From assembly GCA_965240325.2 (NCBI GenBank), contig OZ251228.1, forward strand, positions 2,666,001 through 2,730,000: 64,000 bases of DNA, written 5' to 3'. Under the pieces are notes generated by a model. The model saw nothing but the letters and a program-made list of their open reading frames with translations. It ran no database searches and was not told the DNA's origin. The position numbers were made by a program, and so were the translations under genes. The DNA is from Rebecca billardiae RCC1528 (taxonomy: Eukaryota; Protista; Haptophyta). Positions 57,140-64,000 of the stretch are shown one piece after another (the first letter of the stretch is position 1; the number at the start of each line of letters is the position of its first letter).

Positions 57140-58660
57140 ATGGCGGCGCGGCCGTGCGCGCCTCCCTTCCTGTACATCGAGGGCGAGCATGAGAGCCGTC
57201 ACGCCATGCGTCTCTTCCTCGAGTGCGTCGTCGAGCCCCATATCGATCTCTCGCGCATGCAGCGCGTCGACCTGGCCGTCAGCGCGCGGTGCGCGCAGGA
57301 GGACGCGCCGCTGCGCGAGGCGATCCGGCAGGGCAAGGCGGTGCGCGCCGTGTTCAAGGAGCCCACAGTCACGCCCACGGCGGAGGAGCTCGCCGCGGCG
57401 GGCGCGTCGCGCGTGCTCGAGAGCCCCAACGCGGCCTTGCGCAAGGGCTGGCGTGGCGTCGTGATCAGCCGTGACACGATCCACGCCGGCCGCGCTGCCT
57501 CTGCCGGGTACCGCCGGCCGGTGCTGATAGACCGGCACGCGGTCGGCGGCGAGTACGGCGCGCAGCACGGGCTCGTTGGGCCCGGCCGCGTGCGCACGAC
57601 ATTCACGGGCGCGGACGGGGCCGTCCGCACCATCGCCGACCTCGAGCTCTCCGAGCACGCCTCGTTTGTCGTGACGCACGCCACGGCACTCGACGAGGTG
57701 CCAGCACTCGGCCGCCACTTCTTTTCGCGCGCGCTGCGGGCAGCCGTCACGCCGTACGTCGTGACGAAGCGCACGGTGTTCCGCTCGCAGGAGGCGTTCT
57801 GGGGCGCGCTGCGCGAGCTCTTCGACGCCGAGTTCCGCGACGCCTTCGCCCAGCGCGGGCTGCTCGCCCGCACGGGCGGCGCGCTGGGCCACCTGCTGAG
57901 CGACGCGGCGGCGATGGCGCTCGTGCGCTGGACGGACGGCGGCTTCGCCTTGGTCGCGCTCAACTACGATGGCGACGTCCTGACGGACCTGCTGGGCGCC
58001 GTGCACGGCTCGCCCGCGCTCGTCACGTCGTGCCTGCTCGGCGACGTCCGCGGCGAGCTGCGCGCCGACAGCGCCGGCGGCTCGGGCACAGCCCCGGCCC
58101 TGGGCGAGTGGCGCGAAGCAGCGCCGCCCATCCGCCTGTACGAGGCCTGCCACGGCACGGCCGCAGACCAGTGGGCGGCGCGCGCGCGCGGCGACGCGAC
58201 GTCGTTCGACCCCGTCGGCCTGATCCACGGCTTCCTCAGCGCGCTCGCGTACGCGTGCGACGTGGAGTGCGCGCGCGCACAGCCGCGCACCAGCGAGCGC
58301 GACTTGCAGCGCATCCGCGCCTTTGCGGCCGCCGTGCGAGCCGCCCTCGGCGGCACGGGCCCAGCGCGCGGTGCGGAGGCGCGTGCGGAGGGCGAGGAGG
58401 ACGGCGCGCCGCACGGAGTCGGCCAGAAACGGCCACGGACTGCTGCCGGCGAGGTCTCCGCTCTGTCCGAGCCGGCCACCGACGACCAGCCTGCGCCCAA
58501 CGGCGAGAGCTCGCAGCGGCGCGGCGCGCCCACAGGCGCAGTGCCGGCGGCGGTGCGCACTCCGCCATTGCACCGAGGTGACGAGCGTATTCGAGCCATC
58601 GCACAGCATGTCGCCACTGCTATTGTCAACAGCCGGGGTGCTGATGAGCAAGCAGGGTGA
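57140..58660 (+). CDS. Type II isocitrate dehydrogenase-like protein (algal subfamily), divergent
   Basis: FKEPTVTPT, SPNAALRKGW, ISRDTIH, DRHAVGGEY, VVTKRTVF, LSDAAAM, NYDGDVLTD and YEACHGT. Confidence 0.85.
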   Translation: MAARPCAPPFLYIEGEHESRHAMRLFLECVVEPHIDLSRMQRVDLAVSARCAQEDAPLREAIRQGKAVRAVFKEPTVTPTAEELAAAGASRVLESPNAALRKGWRGVVISRDTIHAGRAASAGYRRPVLIDRHAVGGEYGAQHGLVGPGRVRTTFTGADGAVRTIADLELSEHASFVVTHATALDEVPALGRHFFSRALRAAVTPYVVTKRTVFRSQEAFWGALRELFDAEFRDAFAQRGLLARTGGALGHLLSDAAAMALVRWTDGGFALVALNYDGDVLTDLLGAVHGSPALVTSCLLGDVRGELRADSAGGSGTAPALGEWREAAPPIRLYEACHGTAADQWAARARGDATSFDPVGLIHGFLSALAYACDVECARAQPRTSERDLQRIRAFAAAVRAALGGTGPARGAEARAEGEEDGAPHGVGQKRPRTAAGEVSALSEPATDDQPAPNGESSQRRGAPTGAVPAAVRTPPLHRGDERIRAIAQHVATAIVNSRGADEQAG

Positions 58661-58843
58661 TGCTCTCCAGTCAATGCGTGGCGGACTGCGTCTGTGTGTG
58701 TCTGTGTCCGAGTGTGACCGCGGCGGGCGCCTGGCAGCGCCGGTCGGGCCACCGGTACACCTTGCTGCTTGCAGGTTTGGGTGAGGATGGTACAGTACCG
58801 GCCAAAAATGCATGCATGACGATTGACGAATCCACAAGCAAGC

Positions 58844-60703
58844 ATGGCTGCCGCCGACGCGCGGCGGCAGAGACTGCTATCTAAGCTGCTCGCGCTGTCC
58901 CTCCTCGATGCGGCGCGGCTCGCCGCGCCGGACGCCACGGTGGTCCCACTCGGCGCATCGCCGAACCCGCAGCGGCTCAGCGTGCTCTACCTCGTCGCGC
59001 ATGACGTGCGTGCCGACGTGCGCGGCGAGCACCTCGGCGCGCTCGCGGCGAACGGCACCGTGTTCGACCTCGCGTACACGCAGGTGCCGTACTGCGCGCC
59101 CAGCCGCGTCTCGTTCCTGACCGGCCGGCGGCCCGCGGTCACGCGCATGCACAACTTCCACAAGGCGCCGGCTGGCACGCTCAACATGACGGCGCTGCCC
59201 GAGATGTTCCGAGACGCCGGCTATCGCACCGCCAGCGTCGGGGTGACCGCCTCGCGCCATCGGCGGCTGAACGAGTGCTCGCGCTGCTGGTCCGAGGGCG
59301 CGGACGCGGTGTCCGAGCATCCCACGCGGCAGGTGGGGTACGATGCGCTCGTGGCCGCCGCCGGCGCCAAGCTCCTCCGCCGCTGGGCTGCCGCTGCGGG
59401 GCCACCCTTCTTCCTGATGGCGGGCTTTGCGGGCTCACACGAGCCATGGACGCCCGCCAGGGCCTGCCTCGACGCGACGCGCGAGGCAGCCGCGCGGGAG
59501 CGCTCCGGCGGGCTGCCGGCGTCGCTGCCTCCCCCGCAGGACACGTCGCCGCTCGACCTGCTGCGCAAGATGCGCCTCCTCCCGGTCGAGCGCGCGCGCG
59601 CCGAGGGCGAGCTGAGCGCGCACGCCGCCGCGCCCACAGGCCCGCTCGTGCTGCCGAGACTGGCAGGCACGCACCTCGCCAGCCAGAGGCACGCGTACCT
59701 CGCGACGCTGTGCGAGCTGGACAGGGCGGTCGGCGTGCTGCTCGGCGCGCTCGCGCAGACGGGCCAGCGCGAGCGCACGCTCGTCGTCTTCCACGCAGAC
59801 CACGGCCTCTCCCTCGGCGAGTTTGGCAGCACGGGCAAGGGCAAGCTGCTCGAGGTGGACACCAGGGTGCCGCTGCTCATCGCGCACCCGCCCGCGCGCG
59901 CCGGCCACGCGCGGGGCGGCGCGGCCGACGCGTGGGCGCGCGGGCGCGTGGAGGCGCGCGCGATCGTGCAGCTGCTCGACGTGGGCCCCACGCTGTGCGA
60001 GCTGGCCGCCGTGCGCTGCGCGCGCGCCGGCCAGCCCTCCCTCGACGGCCTCTCGCTCGTGCCGCTGCTGCAGCGCGAGCCGCGGCGGCGCGGCGGCGCG
60101 GCGGCCGCCACCGCGCCGGGCGTGTGCGCGCGCTGGGGCGTCGCGCTCTCCACGCAGGCGAAATGCCCCGGGGGCACCCTCGAGCTCGCAGACTCGTGCC
60201 AGCGCGTCCCCAACGCAGCGATCGGCGTGGTTGGCACCAGCGTGCGCGTGCGCGGCTGGCGGTACACGCTGTGGTCTGGCTGGGCGCCCAACTTCTCGGC
60301 GCCGCTGGCCGCGCTCGGCGCGCTCGCAGCCGGCGAGCGGCCGCCTGGCAGCGAGGTGGTGGTCGACACGTGGGCGCACGAGCAGATCCGGCGTGTGCGG
60401 CGCGCGCGGCACGCGCCGACGGGCCTCGGGCAGCCGGCGCGGCCGTGGGGTCGCTGGGGCCTCGCCGACCTCGCCGCAGAGTCGGCAGAGCCGTCGGTGC
60501 TGGCGCTGCAGCCGCGGCTGGCGCGCGCCCTCCGCGCGCTCGCGCTCGACTCGTGGACGCGCCCCGCCGAGCCCATGCACCAGATGGTGATGCGCGCGTG
60601 CGCAGGCGAGCTGGGAGACGCGCTGAGGCAGGCGGGTGCCATGCCCGTGAAGGTCTCTGAGGGCACGCGGCGTGTCACGCAGCAGCAGCCGATGCCGCCG
60701 TGA
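58844..60703 (+). CDS. Formylglycine-dependent sulfatase (iduronate/choline-sulfatase-like)
   Basis: CAPSRVSFLTGR (CxPxR motif), VLYLVAHD, SHEPW and VFHADHG..GKG..RVPLLI. Signal-like N-terminus. Confidence 0.85.
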   Translation: MAAADARRQRLLSKLLALSLLDAARLAAPDATVVPLGASPNPQRLSVLYLVAHDVRADVRGEHLGALAANGTVFDLAYTQVPYCAPSRVSFLTGRRPAVTRMHNFHKAPAGTLNMTALPEMFRDAGYRTASVGVTASRHRRLNECSRCWSEGADAVSEHPTRQVGYDALVAAAGAKLLRRWAAAAGPPFFLMAGFAGSHEPWTPARACLDATREAAARERSGGLPASLPPPQDTSPLDLLRKMRLLPVERARAEGELSAHAAAPTGPLVLPRLAGTHLASQRHAYLATLCELDRAVGVLLGALAQTGQRERTLVVFHADHGLSLGEFGSTGKGKLLEVDTRVPLLIAHPPARAGHARGGAADAWARGRVEARAIVQLLDVGPTLCELAAVRCARAGQPSLDGLSLVPLLQREPRRRGGAAAATAPGVCARWGVALSTQAKCPGGTLELADSCQRVPNAAIGVVGTSVRVRGWRYTLWSGWAPNFSAPLAALGALAAGERPPGSEVVVDTWAHEQIRRVRRARHAPTGLGQPARPWGRWGLADLAAESAEPSVLALQPRLARALRALALDSWTRPAEPMHQMVMRACAGELGDALRQAGAMPVKVSEGTRRVTQQQPMPP

Positions 60704-61155
60704 TGACGAGCCAGTGCCCCGGCGTGTCACGCGCGTGTGCGTGGCGTGTTCCCGTGCCCGCCAAGCGAAATAAAGCGACTCGCGCGCTGCTCGTAGTCAC
60801 TTATAATGGCAGCGCACGGCCCCCCCCGAAAGGTCTAGTCGGAGCGTACGCCAGCGAAAGCCGAGGGGGGGCGGCGCACGTGCTCCGGAAAAGATATTCG
60901 CGATCAGAAAAGAGGATGCGCGCAGGATTTGGGGGATTTTTGTACGTAGTAGGTCCGGATTTAGGTGTGAACAACGCATAGAGACTCCGATATCGCTGCG
61001 CTCATGATTGCGTTTGCGTACGACTGCCCCTTAATTAATAATTTTAACGATGATATAGCAGTAGTAGTAACAATTAATTAGGGGAATGCACGTATATCAT
61101 CGTTGATTACGGATATTAGATTCGTCAGTATGTAGTCAGCATCGTCATCATCAGT

Positions 61156-62718
61156 TCAATAATGACCAGCGCGCGTGGTATAGTCGATCTGACCCACAGT
61201 AACCACAGGGAGCTCTGGGCCTGGCGCCTCTGGGCCCTCTGGCGGAAGCACCGCCGACACGGATGCCATTGGATGATCCTGAGTCTGAAGGTGACCCACG
61301 ACCTGCGGCTGCATCGCGCCAGAGGGGATGAATTCTTCGCCCACGACAATGGGTAGCAGCATTGGAGACACAGTCGCCTCGCCTTGTGGCCAGCCTGTTG
61401 CATGGGCAGGCAGCAGGGCAATGCTGGGCCTTGCGCGCAGAGCACGTGCAGGCCCATCGGCATCGCAGTGCTGTGCCCAGGGACGTTTGCTGGAACCGAT
61501 CTGGGAGTGCATGGAGGCAGAGCTCTTGGCCACGTGAACGCTGCTGTTGCCACGTGACAGCGGAAGCATGCCTGCCAGCTTGTGCGCAGCGCACCGGCTG
61601 GCGCGCGCGTCGCCCGGCATGCCGAACGAAGGCCCCGTGGTGCAGCCGGCGTGATCACACTTGCGGCTCACCACGTCGACCATGCCGGCCAGCTTGTGCG
61701 TAGCGCACCGGCTGGCGCGGGCGTCGCCCGGCATGCCGACGCGAGGCCGCGTGGTGCAGCCGGCGTGATCACACTTGGGGTTCTTCACGTCGACCATGCC
61801 GGCCAGCTTGTGCGTAGCGCACCGGCTGGCGCGCGCGTCGCCTGGCATGCCAAAGTAAGGCTGCGTGGTGCAGCCCTCGTAATCACACTTGGGGCTCTTC
61901 ACGTCGACCATGCCGGCCAGCTTGTGCGCAGCGCACCGGCTGGCGCGCGCGTCGCCCAGCATGCCGAAGCAAGGCCTCTTGGTGCAGCCGGTGTGATCAC
62001 ACTTTGGGCTCACCACGTTGGCCATGCCGGCCAGCTTGTGCGTGCCGCACCGGCTGGCGCGCGCGTCGCCCGGCATGCCGAAGGAAGGCCTCTTGGTGCA
62101 GCCGGTGTGATCACACTTTGGGCTCACCACGTCGACCATGCCGGCCAGCTTGTGCGTAGCGCACCGGCTGGCGCGCGCGTCGCCCGGCATGCCGAACGAG
62201 GGCCCCGTGGTGCAGCCGGCGTGATCACACTTGGGGTGCTGCAAGTCGACCATGCCGGCCAGCTTGTGCGTGCCGCACCGGCTGGCGCGCGCGTCGCCCG
62301 GCATGCCGAACGAAGGCCACTTGGTGCAGCCCGTGTGATCACACTTTGGGCTCACGATGTCGACCATGCCGGCCAGCTTGTGCGTAGCGCACCGGCTGGC
62401 GCGCGCGTCGCCCAGCATGCCGAACGAAGGCTGCTTGGTGCAGCCGGTGTGATCGCACTTGCGGTTCATCACGTCGACCATGCCGACCAGCTTGTGCGTA
62501 GCGCACCGGCTGGCGCGCGCGTCGCCCGGCATGCCGAATGAAGGCCGCGTGGTGCAGCCAGCGTGATCACACTTGGGGTGTATCACGTCGACCATGCCGG
62601 CCAGCTTGTGCGCAGCGCACCGGCTGGCGCGCGCGTCGCCCGGCATGCCGAAGTGAGGCACCTTGGAGCAGTCAGTGTGATCGCACTTTGGGCTCACGAT
62701 GTCGACCATGCCGTCCAT
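61156..62718 (-). CDS. EsV-1-7 cysteine-rich repeat protein, array 4 (10 full units, unrelated C-terminal tail)
   Basis: Ten 114-bp units. Likely ATG at 62718 (MDGMVD). The ORF-track extension to 62976 runs into the transposon end. Confidence 0.8.
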   Translation of the reverse strand: MDGMVDIVSPKCDHTDCSKVPHFGMPGDARASRCAAHKLAGMVDVIHPKCDHAGCTTRPSFGMPGDARASRCATHKLVGMVDVMNRKCDHTGCTKQPSFGMLGDARASRCATHKLAGMVDIVSPKCDHTGCTKWPSFGMPGDARASRCGTHKLAGMVDLQHPKCDHAGCTTGPSFGMPGDARASRCATHKLAGMVDVVSPKCDHTGCTKRPSFGMPGDARASRCGTHKLAGMANVVSPKCDHTGCTKRPCFGMLGDARASRCAAHKLAGMVDVKSPKCDYEGCTTQPYFGMPGDARASRCATHKLAGMVDVKNPKCDHAGCTTRPRVGMPGDARASRCATHKLAGMVDVVSRKCDHAGCTTGPSFGMPGDARASRCAAHKLAGMLPLSRGNSSVHVAKSSASMHSQIGSSKRPWAQHCDADGPARALRARPSIALLPAHATGWPQGEATVSPMLLPIVVGEEFIPSGAMQPQVVGHLQTQDHPMASVSAVLPPEGPEAPGPELPVVTVGQIDYTTRAGHY

Positions 62719-62894
62719 CCTGTGCGTACAGTGTATTTGTTTTAAAATATACCATTCAGGCGGGCATTGCCGGGTTGCACCCGGCAATGCTGCATTCACC
62801 CCGGTCCTACCGGAATGCAGGGCTCGCCCCGCTGGCCTACAGCTCTGTGACCAGTCAGCGCCGCGCGCCACATAACAGGCCACCACGACTTCAT

Positions 62895-64000
62895 GGCCCG
62901 CGGTGCAGGGCGGAGCGCGCAGCGTGGAGCCCGCACCAGCGGGCCCGAACCACGTTTCAAAAAGATCTTTGATCAAGAAAAAAGGGACGGGGGGCGATTT
63001 TTAGGGCTGGCGGAGACCGAGTTTCGAGTTTTTGAGATCGCATAGAGAGGTCTATTAGGCCGAAAATAAGCGCGTCCAGCTCATTCCCTTAAGTAAAGTG
63101 CGATCTGGACGTCAGCTGGACGTGACATTAACGTAACGGTTCGTTACGAGCGCGATTTTGTGGGTAGACTCTCGTTCATGTGTGATAGTTTGCCTCCGCC
63201 TTGATGAATATGAACTTGGCTTCGCGGCGGTTGGTATCTAGAGTCTAAAACCCGCAAGCCTTATTGAAAATACCCGCGCAGCTATTCGTTGCCAGCCCAT
63301 TCCATAGTCACTGACTTACCGAGCTGGCGAGCTCAAAACCTGCCGTCGTCGCAAGGACGACGTGCTGTGCAGGTTTCTTCTGCTGGGGTGGCGAGCGAGC
63401 CTCGACGACTCTTGGTTGGTCCGCAAGGGGGCGCTCGATGGGCAGGTGCGCGTGGCAAGTGCCGAGTGGCGCCTGGAGCGCGCGTCTGCGGCGGGTCCCG
63501 ACGGCCGTCGACATCGCGTTCGTGCCCGCTCACTAGTCACTCCGCACGCCCCTGCCGCGCCCTGTCGATGCCTGCGCGGCCGGCCGGCGCGCGGCCGCGC
63601 CGCCGCCGCCGCAGCCGCCGCCCTGTGTTCGGGCTCTCGCAAGCTCGGGGGCAGCGGCGCATGATGCCGGACTGATCGATCTCGGAGTCTCCGACTTCAC
63701 CACACGCCCCCCTTGCCATGCCTCTCCGCCAGGGTCTCCCAGAACTCTTCTTCAGAGCAGGCGCAAGTCGAACTCGGAACTGGCCGCGGCCCCGCGCGCC
63801 GTCGGCTCCCCGTGGCTGTCAGCTCCGCGTGGCCTGGGCGCCTGGCGTGCCCAGAGCTGGCCGTGCCTCTGCGACGCGTGCCGAGCCTGACCGAGGTGTG
63901 TCACCCCGTGCACGCGCGGCGCGCGCAAGCACCGGTGCTGCATGGCTGCTCGCACCGTGCTCCCTGGCTCGCGGTCAGTCAGCTCGGCCGCGTGGTGCCT
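62895..64000 (+). mobile_element. Helentron/Helitron2-like element, copy 3 (runs off the window)
   Basis: The first ~135 bp are nearly identical to the reverse complement of 51365-51503. The interior (63430-63960) aligns by eye with the reverse complement of ~50390-50975. Confidence 0.7.

Overview
This is a gene-dense, very GC-rich eukaryotic window. Short GC-rich spliceosomal introns (GTGCGC...GCAG, one GC-AG), signal-plus-transit leaders and an algal-type IDH suggest a secondary-plastid microalga, plausibly a haptophyte (inference only). Recognisable genes are SBP2/SECISBP2, an RFC small subunit, PRORP, a type II IDH, a sulfatase, a PP1 inhibitor-2, and tandem-YciI, CHY-finger, CUE, LIM-CH and TIR-like proteins. 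There are two unusual fusions: ankyrin-anoctamin-choline transporter-like, and sulfotransferase-FABP. The most striking signal is four dispersed genes built from 114-bp/38-aa EsV-1-7-type C-x4-C-x16-C-x2-H repeats (8, 6, 16 and 10 units). Their scaffold is nearly invariant even at silent sites, but two short windows are hypervariable, the same cassettes recur at different loci, and three genes share an NLS-like tail. This is a candidate modular, recombining recognition system. Mobile DNA is abundant: a gag-only LTR element with identical LTRs and a 5-bp TSD, three copies of a Helentron/Helitron2-like family (one with gene-like cargo), an 8-bp-TSD MITE, two other TIR elements, and a 910-bp perfect palindrome centred on (TA)n. 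All calls were made by eye from motifs, with no searches run, and exon boundaries are manual predictions.
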